DNA of 63,996 nt, counting the filler, from Porpidia crustulata (Eukaryota): NCBI GenBank assembly GCA_964255105.1. It is 5 parts of 5 records of this genome, joined end to end, with 100 filler letters (N's around TTAATTAATTAA, not from the genome) between each part and the next. Parts side by side here need not be neighbours in the genome. Positions count along the whole stretch, not along the records: positions 1 to 12,736 come from CAXUWE010000493.1; 4 more parts are not named here. The stretch is one strand, 5' to 3'. Positions 1-11,115 of the stretch are shown piece after piece. A model generated the notes under the pieces. The model was not told the origin of the DNA. It made no database searches and worked only from the letters and a program-made list of their open reading frames with translations. The translations under genes were made by a program, and so were the position numbers. Each line of letters opens with the position of its first letter. The first letter of the stretch is position 1.

Positions 1-1278
1 CCTATACTCGCACTCGGAAGTTTCACTGTCGATGCCGCAGGTTTGACCTCACTTCCCACTTCCGATACGTTCTCCTTACCCTCCCCAGAGCAAACGCGTT
101 TAGCTGCAGGAGGGCCATCATCATTACTAGGGTTGTCCACAAAAGGCACGATAGCTAAACCCTCTGGGCCTGCGTCCTGAAGACCTCGACTCGTAAAGTT
201 GACGCTTCGGCTTCGTTCGGCTAGCGTGGAGGATTTGCGTATCGGTTCTATGAATGCTGGCATAGTGGCAGGCGCAGATGCTACTGTTGTGGGGAAGATC
301 ATGTTATTCGCAATGTTTCGGTCCGAGGGGCTAAGGCCGGCGGCATCTTGGCAATCAAGGTCGGGTTCGATGGGGGTGGGGAGGTCGGAAAGCGGACGTT
401 TGGCGAGAGCGGGCCTTCGAGGACTTGGCGGTGTAGCGACTGGCGATGGAGAAAGTGCGGGGTCATTTTCTTTCGAGGCAGATGCTTCGTCCTCCTCTTC
501 ATCGGACTCGGTGTACTCAGCGATATCGCCGCCCGTGGTCTGGTTCACAGGAGCGCTCTGTACTCGCCTTGCGTTTGCCGCTTGCGCCATAACGAGATGT
601 GAGGGGAGCTTCTTCATTACGACGGATGATGTACTGGCAGATTTCGTGTTGTAACCAGGCCTGGGTATGATCTCTTCTCTTATCTCTGTGCCAGCAGCTT
701 CGCCCCGCCTCTTGGCGTCGCTTACAGCTTCCTTCATGTCCAATGGAATCCGTGCATGGATGGAGGTCATTAACCTGGCTTGGCGTGCAAATTGGTCGTA
801 GTCATCTTGCAAGAGGTGACCGGCAGTGGCGTTGAGGGCTGAATCTGGATTGGGTTGAATCAGAAGACAGGAGATCGTGATGAGTACATCCCGTAACGTC
901 AACTTTGGCTCCCAGTCTTTCTTCAACGTGTCTACACAGACATGGCCTGTCTTTTCCTCCACATTTGGGTGCCATATCCGTGTGCGGAAAGCCGCTTTCG
1001 GAGGACTTCTGGGATAATCTTCTGGAATTTTTAGATTTAGCTTCCAAAGGCCCTGTGAATATGGAGTGCCCTGTGGGCCGGTCAAAAGAATGGTGAACTG
1101 CGTCAAGTCGTCCGGCGTAGATGAAGAGGTAGGAGGAAACAAGTAGTGAGGCGGGAGCGGTGAAGTATGGAGAGACGAATGATCTGAAGCTAGCCGGCGC
1201 AGAGTGGAGGAATTCTGCAGAATTTATCAACTTTGGTCACCGGGTCGAATGCATAGAATCTGGGGAACAACTTACCAT
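1..1278 (-). CDS. UBE2S: Ubiquitin-conjugating enzyme E2, UBE2S-like, with long C-terminal tail; 3' end runs off the contig
   Basis: Manual minus-strand translation: MNSSTLRRLASDH...GPQGTPYSQGLWKL...DYPRSPPKAAFRTRIWHPNVEEKTGHVCVDTLKKDW...LLIQPNPDSALN (UBC fold, HPN motif, catalytic Cys). Exon 1 is only ATG (1276-1278), then intron 1215-1275 (GTAAG...CAG). Missing from the ORF track because no stop lies in the window. Confidence 0.88.
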
Positions 1279-2539
1279 GACTGCGGTATGATTAACGGGA
1301 AAAGAAAAGTTTTTAACGAGTGGTGATTAAAGTACGTAAACTTGCCGAGTACACAATATGTGCGAGTGGGAAAATAATATGTGAAGATTGTGCGGTGGAT
1401 GTGTGGTAAGCTTTATCGTCACACGAGATCTTTGTTGATGTCAAAAAGAGTTATCGCGCTAAGCTCCATGGAGATATCAACAACACGCACGCGAGTCCGG
1501 AGGTAGCAACCCTACTCTTGCTACAATAGACCACTGGCTCTTGTCGACTCTCAGCACGACCATGAACAATATTGTTCTATCATGGCAAGTAGCCTAGATC
1601 GCTACCTTGTGAACCTTTGGACTTTATCTACTATGCTACGTGAGGTTTGTTTATTTGGTTTATATCAATGATGCACTTCAGCGCGTCACTGTCTACCAAC
1701 TCGTTTTTATAGCTTTATCTCACAGGAGAATGCGAGCTGGAAGTCTCTGTGTAGAACGACCTAATAATATGGGTTGAGTCAAGCTCAATCAAATACGGGA
1801 TGGCCTGTTTATCTCTTCGGAGGCTATTTAATCAATTCAATAACGACAAATTACTTCTCTTCTATTCGCTCCTCTGTACGTGGGCCATTTGCATATCAGA
1901 ACCCCTAGATTATTATTTGATCAACAAAAACCTTAGATTATTTCAAACTATTATGCACATCATGGAGCAACACAACTTTCGGTTCAGGTTTTGCGATTGG
2001 CAATGGCTTTATCAGGGAATGAAGCCATACATAGAATCAGAGATCTACTCGTAGAGTAGCCCAAAGTGCACCAACCCAACGCACAATCTACAGCGCACAG
2101 AGAACGAAATTCTTAGGAACTGGTGCATTGGACGTGACAGTTGAGGCACCTCATCTTGCTACCACTTATTGAACTCATATAAACTTTACATGAGGCTACG
2201 CAGTGTATGCGTACATCGTCAATTGCATAGCCTAGATATTGCACCGACTCTATGAAGCACGCCAAGCCAGTTGTACTCTAGTTTGTCAAAGAAACGAAGA
2301 ATTATAGAAGCCTCGTCGCGGGGGGCGGACCTAACCTGAAGAATACTAGTCAGGAACGGGCGACCCCTTTCAGGGTAACAACAGTAACACGTCGTACCTG
2401 AAGTTTTCTCTTACTTACCTCTCATACATTCATTGTCTTGGGTCTTCACCTTTATCCTCTCATTTGTATTGCTTCATTGGCATTACTCTACGATCTTTAT
2501 CATTTTTACTACTTATTATAGTACTTACTGCTCCTCAGC

Positions 2540-3707
2540 ATGCGTTTCTCCACCATTTTTTCACTTGCTCTTGCCGCTGCGCCTCTCGCTGTTTCTGCGA
2601 CTGAAGGCAAATTTGGATTTGCTCTTGGGTCCAGGCACTCAGGTAAGTCGTAAAGTCAATATAGGCGATTTCTTGGTGATAAGAATCCTTCGATAGATGG
2701 TACATGCAAATCTACCACCGACTACGAGGCCGATTTTGACGCACTGAAGAGCAAAACCACCATCGTTCGAACATACTCTGTAGTTGATGGAGCCATTTCG
2801 GATAAGCCGTGCCAGGTTGCCTCCGCAATCCTTCCCGCAGCTGCGAGAAAAGGTTTCCAAGTCATCCTTGGGGTTTGGTATGGCAGGCGTAGCGGTTCCT
2901 TCCACAAAACCTTTGTTCATCCTCATTATGATCCTACGCTGACCTCAAAACCACAGGCCTGACACCCCCACCTCATTCCAGACTGACAGGGATGCTTTGA
3001 AGATGGCCATGGTGGGAAAAGAGAAAGCAGTTTATGCTATCACTGTTGGCTCGGAAACTCTGTACCGTGGAAATTTTACAGGAACTGAATTATTGTCACA
3101 TATCAATGACATTAAATCGGATCATCCCAGCGTAAAGGTTGGCACGGCAGACAGCTGGAATAAATATACAGACGGGACTGCGGATGCTTTGATCACCGGA
3201 GGCGTGGATATTCTGTCAGTTCATTGTCCAGTCTAAGTACCATACTGCTGCTCACACTTTCATCAGTCTCGTAAACGCATTCGCATACTGGCAGGGCCAA
3301 GACATCAGTAATGCCACCGCTACGTACCTTGACGACTTGCAGCAAGCCTTTGGTCATATTCAGTCCAAATCGGGCTCAATGACGAAGATTGAGCTTTGGA
3401 ATGGGGAGACTGGATGGCCAGGAAACGGTACGAAGGAAAGTAGTTACGTATCTAAAACAACCTTGCTAACATAAATATAGGTGGATCTGACTATGGATCT
3501 GCACACGCGGGTACATCTAACGCTGCGACATTCTACAAGAACGGAGTATGTGCTGCCCTCGACTGGGGCTACAACGTATTCTACTTTGAGGCTTTTGACG
3601 AGCCATGGAAGCCCGCTAGCGCAGGAACCAACGGGCACACTGGCGACGAGACCCACTGGGGCGCTTATGACCAAAACCGAAACATTAAATTTCCGATGGA
3701 CTGCTAG
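2540..3707 (+). CDS. BGL2: Secreted GH17 beta-1,3-glucanase/glucanosyltransferase (Bgl2/Bgt1-like), 5 exons
   Basis: Signal peptide MRFSTIFSLALAAAPLAVSA; GH17 motifs VGSETLYR, VGTADSWNK, NAFAYWQG, GETGWP, FEAFDEPWK; GT-AG introns; stop TAG 3705-3707. Confidence 0.88.
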
Positions 3708-4530
3708 ATACTTGGGATTTCTGCTCCATATACAAGGCTTCTGGATGCTTCAATCGTGAAGCGGTACTGCAATGGCAGTGAAATTTGATTTAATCTAATG
3801 CATTGGGTCTGGTGTTTCCATATGCTACCTTCGCTGTCGCTTTCCTAACAGTAACGGCTGCCCTCGTGTTTCTTGCTGGGGCCTGGGACGTGTGCATAGA
3901 GGACAATTGTAGGAATACTTTTCAACGAGTTGAAAGTTTGGAGACGAGACTTTATCTTAATAGAATTTTTCTTCCATGATTCCACCTTTTGCTATGAAAC
4001 TTATAATTAAATGCAGACTGCTTGTGATGCTCTGGCCCCCTGTGAAATCGAAATATATTCCGTCGTGAACTAGGGACAGATTACGTAAAAGAGCAGGGAT
4101 TCAAATTAATGAACTCGCGTTCTCCGCGACTCGATTGATTAATTATTATTGTTGTCAATATACCGATCAGCGATGACAACTTAGTACCAGAGTCATAGTA
4201 ATGGTTTGATCCTTTATGGAATATCTACTCACATTCATTTGAATCTTTCTTTTATCTTGTAGCTACTGATCTCGGAACCCAGTTCATTGTTCCCGGCGCT
4301 CAACCATTGTTAGAAGTCTACCTGGGTTCCGACCCTTGATCGAAGGAATAGGGTGATTCAGAAGACGGAGCTGGACACCGTCACATTGGAAGGTCGTGTC
4401 AGTGAACAGTATTTCGTAGTCCTTTGGAGCTAAACCTTCTGCAGGATCCAGAGACTTCTCTACTTCGGTAGACTATTCGGCAGACAAAACCTCTGGAGAT
4501 CCGATTGAAGCGATACTACAGCAGAACAGT

Positions 4531-7500
4531 GTGAGAAGAGTAGTATCAACCAGCCATACAAGATCTTCAAATTTTTGGGCTGCCCCATCGCCAAGCCAAG
4601 CCTTTACTTATTCCCCCTTTCGACTTCCCTCCCTTCCAAGGCCCTCGGACTGCCCTCCAACTACGCAAATTATCATTTCTCCAGCTCCACATCCGCGTTC
4701 AGACAGCAGCACATATTATACTGCTCAATGGGGTTCTCCAAGCGCGGATTTCGTCAGTCCTGAAGAAGTTGCTGTTCCTCACAAGCAACGAAAGCTTAAT
4801 GTAGCAATTGCCGACGGATCCCCATTACGTCGCGTACGGCCAGCAAGACTCGAGCGATCTACTACTCCACCACGGCAGAAAGTCCAACCGACTGTGGAAC
4901 GAGACAGCCAAGTAGAAATATTCGGCACTCAGAACAGGTCGTTGTTGGAATCGGTGTCACCTTTGGTGCAAAGAGATCGCAGAGAAGGATTCACAGAAGA
5001 CTGGCTTAAGAATCACATTTTCAACATTCAGAAATCTGAAAGGAGCAATTGGTGGAGTGACGATACTGACGCCAGTGATACGCCGTCTGTGGCCGCAAGC
5101 AATCGTATAGCAAACTCTCCGCCCGAAGAAGGCTGGCTGGCGTTGGATGCTGCAATTCAGCGGCCACAGTCCATTAAATTTCCACGGCACCCTCCGCACA
5201 TCACCAAAGAGAAGACACAGGAACACAACCTCCTGCCATTGCGCCAACAGAACTCGGTAGCAGAAATGCCGGCTCCTAAATCTCATTGGGCAGAGGCATC
5301 CCCAGCTCGAGACCCGGAGAGTAGTGTTGAGAGCGTGGAAAAGCTTTTGCCGCTATCGCCGGCCACGGAGAAGAGCCTGAAGTCGCAAGCTATTGCACAC
5401 ACGAAGTCGACTGCAACGGAATCATCATCAGCCGCCACCAGACCCCCAGTCTTATCTACAACCTCCTTCCAGCGTCCAAAGAAACGTGTACCGTGGCGAG
5501 GGAAAACATGTATTATTGCTCTTCCACTTGATGAAGGGCATGGTGAGCAGATGCCCAAGGACAGATACCTCAGTCGCGATGCTGTGGCAGAACGTCTTCA
5601 TCAATGGGAAAGCAACGGATATGATGTGAGAGGCTTTGGTGTTTCCCCGTTGAGTTCGGATACCAGTATATCGCCTTTCTCGGAGGCGCAAACCAGAGTA
5701 CCCTATCCTGATACAGAAGACGAGCAGTTAGAGAGAAAAGGAGGCCAGTATAGAGTTCGCATACCAGATCGACGCGAGTGGGAAGCCTACGTCAACCGCT
5801 TGAAGGAGGACAAGTTACGCGCACTAGGCGTAAGCTTTGGAGATGAAGAGCCCTCAAGAAGAGAATCCCCGGCTGTTACCCTGATGAGCCGGCATGCATC
5901 CTCACAGAGTACTGCGCTTGCCGTATCGCCATCTCTTGCTCTTTCATCGGTGGCCAGTTCACAATGCCAACAGTATACAAGCCCCTTTTCACCATCGTTT
6001 CGCGCTTCTCCTATTCCTAGCTCTCATGTCTCGTCTGTTGCGTCTCCGGTGTCTCAATATCCAGACAAGCCTAGGGTCTCCCATTTTCCGAGGTATTCAA
6101 TTGCTCAACCAACTGGAGAAGTTTCCTTCCAGACGCCACACCACTTTGTTCAGAAAGATGTACTCTCGAGTACGCGGTCGCCGCAACTGCAATATTCGTC
6201 TCCAGCCCAATTGAGCGACATTTCGCCCGCCAGCAATCAGCACATACCGAGTCTCAACGCTACACGATCACCAATACCGCCGTACATTCGGACGAACAGC
6301 CATCAAACGTTCAATCAAGGTTCCAGTAGTCTTTTAGCGCAAATGCGCCAGCAACAGAACCGGCTGGAAGCACAACAACAACAACAATTGTACATGCGAT
6401 CCCTGCCACCCCCAGTGAATTTACGAGCCCTTGGAGAGCAATTGACTACCACAAGTCGCCAGCAACCTGAGATTGTGACTCCAGTACCACGAGGTCATCG
6501 TCAAAATCTCAGTGAAACCTTACAGAAAGAAGTTGACGAAGCCGAAACCCATCTTGAAGCTTCGATGTCTCGACTAGAGGAAGAAGAGAGAAAACCGCTC
6601 GATTCTGCTATGAGTCGTGAAGATTCCAGATCTGAAGATCTCCCAGTACTTATCAATCAGGGTTCCAAAGCTGACAATTCTGATATTGATACAAACCCCA
6701 GTGTTGCGGGTACGCCGCCTCTCCTAGCAAGTCTAAATCGACTAGGACATGCATCTAAGCCGTCTGCGTCCAAGCTGAACGTGAATGCTCCAGTCTTCAA
6801 ATTCGAACCTGAGCGGTCATATGCGCCACATGTCTCTGCGCTCCTAGGGAATGAGACAAACCTCCCTCCCGGCTTCCATGCATCCCTCACAAGCTCTGGC
6901 ATGAACAATTCAACACACAACTCTAACGGGTTCGTTAATGATAGTAGTTTCAATGTCACGGCGCCAGTATTCGAACCCAGCAGCAAGGCCAAGCCAGTTA
7001 TGCCCTCTGGAGAATTCAGCTTCTCCTCAAAGGGTCCAATGTTCAAACCTGATGCTCCGGCCTTCACACCCAACGATCCTGTTGCAGTTCCTCGAAACAA
7101 GCTATCCGACTCAGAGGCTCCTAATACAAACGTCAAGAAAATATTTCACATGAACTTTGCCGAGATAATCAAACCAGCTAAAAGGTCAAAGGCCATCCCA
7201 ATAGTGAAGCCTTCCGAGAGTCAAAGTGAAGCTGATCATGACGCCGACGGCCAAGAAGATGAGTCAGGACGGATTACACAGGCCGATGGTCGGCAAAAGA
7301 GAGCAAGACGCCATGAGGATGACGGTGACGAAGTACCTCGATTTGCAATCCCGAGCGAACCAGTATCTTCGAAGCTCCCTGAAGCTGTGCATCAACATGT
7401 AGTCAATCCTCTGAATACTTTACAGAGCACTGAGGACGAGGGTATACGGATGGAGATTGATGCCAATTCATTGAGGAATGTCGTTGATGACTTACCAGCT

Positions 7501-10500
7501 TCTGAAATTTCTAGTCTTGCAGCAAATTTTGAATGTGTGGACGCCGACAGTAAAACCTGGGAGCCGTTCGCCTTCCATGACGCTGAAGAAGCTGCGAATT
7601 TCAATGCGGCGCGGCCCTCATCGCCGGAACATAGTATCCACAAAGTGGATTCAGACATAGACGAACCCCAAAGGATCGAATCCAAAGACCCGTCTGGGTC
7701 TGTCTTATCCCCCCGCGAATACCCAGACGTCAATATGCTCTCGGCCAGCAAGACCTTTGGCAATTACAGGAAGACATCCTCACCAACGGTCCTTGACCGG
7801 CTTGGCATCAGGCCTGATATGAGCGCATCTGATTCTGAGGAAGTCTCTCAATTAGCAAGAGATGATTTAGTGGATTCTCCCTCCGCATCAAGCCCCTCAG
7901 CATCTCTTGATCTTCCAGAGGGGCATGTGGAAAAGTTTCACAGACGTTTACCTGACAGCCGTACAAGCCCAATTCGGCGCAGTCCACCTCCGGAGCAAGA
8001 TCTCATCGAGAACATTGTCGAGGGTGTCACTTACATCGAGCCGTCGTACCAGGAAATCGACGCGGTAATGAAGCATCTCAATGATGAGGACTCTGATCTA
8101 GGCGTTGAAAGGACGGGTGGTTTATGGGGACCGGGAATAACTCTACAAACACACTTGGCCGAAATCCATGACAACTCGAGAACACACCAATTCCCGCCTG
8201 CAACTCACATACGTAGTGATGCGCCCTCACCAAGTCCACGCAGAGTACAACAAACACATCAGTATCCGCGTAGGACAGACTCTGACAGTATCAATTCTGC
8301 AGAAGCCGCACTAGTGGCTCGTAACGCCCGCTTCAGCCCGTCTTACAGGCCCTCCAAGTCCGAACTTATCGATCTATCCCCTATACATCGTCTAAACAGC
8401 CCAGGCAACGTTCCGATCAGTGACTGGGATGATGCGTTTTCATCTGTGGATGATGACTTCAATCTTCGGTCTAGAACGGGATTCTTCGATTCACGCGTTA
8501 ACGATCTTGTGGGTGGTGTTGTCCAGCAACGCCTGGACCCCTTGGAGAAGGCCTTGGCCGGTATTCAAGATTCAATTATCATGCTTTCGAGTAGATCTGC
8601 CAGTAGAAGACGTCCAAGAAGCTTTTTAGGCGAGATCGAGCACAGCGACGCTGATGATGAAGATGATCCGGAAGATTCATCCAAGCAAAGGCTAAGGTCG
8701 CCTTTGCGGGATCGCAAATACGAGAAGCTGAGATCTACATTGGCCGAAGTCGCCGCTGCACAGCAACAACTTCCACCAGTCAGCGAACTTGCAGAAATCA
8801 TTGAAGCAGTTAAAGATCTGAAAACGTCGATACACCAAACGCCTCCAGTAACTAGTGACATCAAAGCCATTGTCGAAGAAGCAGTGAGTAGACAAATGCG
8901 GGGCAGATCAGCACCCATCACTTCAAGCTCCTCGTCAGCGACGGCCGAGAAGGCACAACTTCAAATTGCGGGTTTAGAAAGCATGCTCAAAATTGCAGAG
9001 ACTCGGGCCGAGGATGAACTAAAAGCTCGGAGATCCACAGAGGATGCTTTGGCCGATTCGCAAAGACTCCTTCGGCAAGCACTGCAGGAGGCCGCGGAAC
9101 AACGCGAATCAGCAGAAGAGACAGAGAGAAGCCTTGCTACTTTCCATGAAGAGCGACAGCAGGAACTTAAGCACAGTGCGATGCTGGAAGGATCTCTGGA
9201 GAATCTTGCGAAAACCGCCTCCGACTTGGACAAAAAAAATGCCGCTCTCGAGGACACCTTGGAAGAGTACAGGTTGTCACATACCCAATGGCGTGAAGAG
9301 ATTGAGGAGTCAAAGAATGAGAATAAAGACCTCCGACGGACTATAAACGCCTTGAAGGATGAGATAGAGGACGGCATGAAAGGTCGCCACACTCTGCGTG
9401 CCAAGTTTGACCGCTTACAGGAAGACATGACTCAAGCATCGCGCGATATTGCTCATGATCAGTCTGTTTGGCGAAACAGAGAAGAAGATCAACGGGCTCG
9501 ACTCGATTTGCTCAGCACAAGACTCGAAGCTGAAGCTCGTACGAGGGAACAACTCGAGCGAGAGGTCGAGAGACTAGATTTACTAGAGAAAGAGGGCTTT
9601 ACACTACGTATATCGAATGAGGAGACTCAGAGAGCGAATGTTCGCCTTCAGGATCTGGTTGATCAATTGAGACAGGACAATGACATACACCAGGAGAAAG
9701 CTGCGTCTCTACAGCGTGAGATGCATGCCGCTAAAGTAGATGGACAATTAGAAGTCCAGCGTACACGCACAGCGATGGATGCAAATGTAGAGACCGCTGA
9801 GAACAAAGCTAGGAACGAGCGTGCTGACCTCGAGGCTGTTGTGGCAAAGCTTCAGTCGCAATCACATGATGTCATCGAGGAGGCTAGCAAAGCCAAAGCC
9901 AGATACGAGCTCATGCTCGAAGAAGCCTCCGAGTCGCGGAACGAAGCCCTTCGAGATGCGGCTGAAGCACGAGAAGCTGCCTTGCAGGAGCATTACCGTT
10001 TCCATGAGCGCTCGCTACAAGAAATGAAATCTCAACACGAAAGGGCATTGGGAAATGCGATAGAGGACAAGCACCGCTTAGAGGCTCATCTTAATGATCG
10101 CCTGATTCTGGTAGAGGAGAAAGTATTACACTACCAGGAGAGGGTCGCGCACCTCGAAGAGAAACTTGAGATTGCCAAGTCGGCCGCCCACGCTGCCGTG
10201 CAAGCGGCTCAATCCAAGAAAGCCATACCGCCTCCGTCGGTGGCTCCCGCAACAGTGCCCTTCGGTAAGGGATTGGACATGCCGGAGAAAATCTCCCCTC
10301 AGGCGCTCCGTGAGTCCATAATGGTGCTCCAGGAGCAATTGCAGGAGCGGGAAGGCCGTATCGAAGAGCTAGAGCAAGAGCTGTCGAATGTTGACAAGGA
10401 CGCACCGGCCAAGATCAAGGATCAGGACATGGAAATAACATGGCTTCGTGAGCTCCTGGGGGTTCGTATCGACGATCTCGATGATCTCATTACCACCCTC

Positions 10501-11115
10501 TCCGAGCCGTCGTATGACCGCGAAGCAGTCAAAGATGCGACCATTCGTCTCAAAGCCAACCTTCAGATGGAGCAACAAGAGAAGAAACGCGCTTTAGCCG
10601 GTGGCAAGACCTTTCCGTCGTTGTCGAGTCTCTCTAATCTCGCCGCCTCACCTCGTGCCCTTCCACTCGCCGCCGCTGCTGCATGGGGCAATTGGCGCAA
10701 AGCCCGCGATACCTCATTTGGCAGCCTCTCGGCGATTGCGAATGGCAGTGTCAACCAGACGCCATCACGCTCCTCCCCGTCCCAGAGCTTCCTCTCCGGC
10801 CTCATGACGCCACCCAGCACCAACCTACGACAGACGCCTCAGACCATTCCAAGCATGGGACCCCTCCGACCCACGTCGTCTTCCTCCCGGTCTACACGGA
10901 TGTATACCACGCAACGACAGAGTATCTCACTCCAAGACGAGCGTAGGTCATCGAGAAATCTGGGTCCACCGGCCACTCCTCCTTTGATGCGAAAAGCCAG
11001 CTACGACGAGGACGCATCGAGCGGCGGGTTTAGGGATGCCTACCCCGAAGCCGGGAACGTGACTGAAGAAGAGCCATTTGGGCCAAGACTCAGTTCATCT
11101 TCGGGGCACACATAG
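4531..11115 (+). CDS. Large low-complexity protein with long C-terminal coiled coil (resembles the fungal family often labelled 'myosin class II heavy chain-like'; no motor domain); start uncertain
   Basis: 2194-codon uninterrupted ORF; S/P-rich N-terminal half, PAM2-like repeats (LNVNAPVFKF, FNVTAPVFEP, FKPDAPAFTP), heptad E/K/L/R-rich C-terminal region. First in-frame ATG is at 5266; the frame is open from 4420. Confidence 0.85.
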   Translation: MRRVVSTSHTRSSNFWAAPSPSQAFTYSPFRLPSLPRPSDCPPTTQIIISPAPHPRSDSSTYYTAQWGSPSADFVSPEEVAVPHKQRKLNVAIADGSPLRRVRPARLERSTTPPRQKVQPTVERDSQVEIFGTQNRSLLESVSPLVQRDRREGFTEDWLKNHIFNIQKSERSNWWSDDTDASDTPSVAASNRIANSPPEEGWLALDAAIQRPQSIKFPRHPPHITKEKTQEHNLLPLRQQNSVAEMPAPKSHWAEASPARDPESSVESVEKLLPLSPATEKSLKSQAIAHTKSTATESSSAATRPPVLSTTSFQRPKKRVPWRGKTCIIALPLDEGHGEQMPKDRYLSRDAVAERLHQWESNGYDVRGFGVSPLSSDTSISPFSEAQTRVPYPDTEDEQLERKGGQYRVRIPDRREWEAYVNRLKEDKLRALGVSFGDEEPSRRESPAVTLMSRHASSQSTALAVSPSLALSSVASSQCQQYTSPFSPSFRASPIPSSHVSSVASPVSQYPDKPRVSHFPRYSIAQPTGEVSFQTPHHFVQKDVLSSTRSPQLQYSSPAQLSDISPASNQHIPSLNATRSPIPPYIRTNSHQTFNQGSSSLLAQMRQQQNRLEAQQQQQLYMRSLPPPVNLRALGEQLTTTSRQQPEIVTPVPRGHRQNLSETLQKEVDEAETHLEASMSRLEEEERKPLDSAMSREDSRSEDLPVLINQGSKADNSDIDTNPSVAGTPPLLASLNRLGHASKPSASKLNVNAPVFKFEPERSYAPHVSALLGNETNLPPGFHASLTSSGMNNSTHNSNGFVNDSSFNVTAPVFEPSSKAKPVMPSGEFSFSSKGPMFKPDAPAFTPNDPVAVPRNKLSDSEAPNTNVKKIFHMNFAEIIKPAKRSKAIPIVKPSESQSEADHDADGQEDESGRITQADGRQKRARRHEDDGDEVPRFAIPSEPVSSKLPEAVHQHVVNPLNTLQSTEDEGIRMEIDANSLRNVVDDLPASEISSLAANFECVDADSKTWEPFAFHDAEEAANFNAARPSSPEHSIHKVDSDIDEPQRIESKDPSGSVLSPREYPDVNMLSASKTFGNYRKTSSPTVLDRLGIRPDMSASDSEEVSQLARDDLVDSPSASSPSASLDLPEGHVEKFHRRLPDSRTSPIRRSPPPEQDLIENIVEGVTYIEPSYQEIDAVMKHLNDEDSDLGVERTGGLWGPGITLQTHLAEIHDNSRTHQFPPATHIRSDAPSPSPRRVQQTHQYPRRTDSDSINSAEAALVARNARFSPSYRPSKSELIDLSPIHRLNSPGNVPISDWDDAFSSVDDDFNLRSRTGFFDSRVNDLVGGVVQQRLDPLEKALAGIQDSIIMLSSRSASRRRPRSFLGEIEHSDADDEDDPEDSSKQRLRSPLRDRKYEKLRSTLAEVAAAQQQLPPVSELAEIIEAVKDLKTSIHQTPPVTSDIKAIVEEAVSRQMRGRSAPITSSSSSATAEKAQLQIAGLESMLKIAETRAEDELKARRSTEDALADSQRLLRQALQEAAEQRESAEETERSLATFHEERQQELKHSAMLEGSLENLAKTASDLDKKNAALEDTLEEYRLSHTQWREEIEESKNENKDLRRTINALKDEIEDGMKGRHTLRAKFDRLQEDMTQASRDIAHDQSVWRNREEDQRARLDLLSTRLEAEARTREQLEREVERLDLLEKEGFTLRISNEETQRANVRLQDLVDQLRQDNDIHQEKAASLQREMHAAKVDGQLEVQRTRTAMDANVETAENKARNERADLEAVVAKLQSQSHDVIEEASKAKARYELMLEEASESRNEALRDAAEAREAALQEHYRFHERSLQEMKSQHERALGNAIEDKHRLEAHLNDRLILVEEKVLHYQERVAHLEEKLEIAKSAAHAAVQAAQSKKAIPPPSVAPATVPFGKGLDMPEKISPQALRESIMVLQEQLQEREGRIEELEQELSNVDKDAPAKIKDQDMEITWLRELLGVRIDDLDDLITTLSEPSYDREAVKDATIRLKANLQMEQQEKKRALAGGKTFPSLSSLSNLAASPRALPLAAAAAWGNWRKARDTSFGSLSAIANGSVNQTPSRSSPSQSFLSGLMTPPSTNLRQTPQTIPSMGPLRPTSSSSRSTRMYTTQRQSISLQDERRSSRNLGPPATPPLMRKASYDEDASSGGFRDAYPEAGNVTEEEPFGPRLSSSSGHT

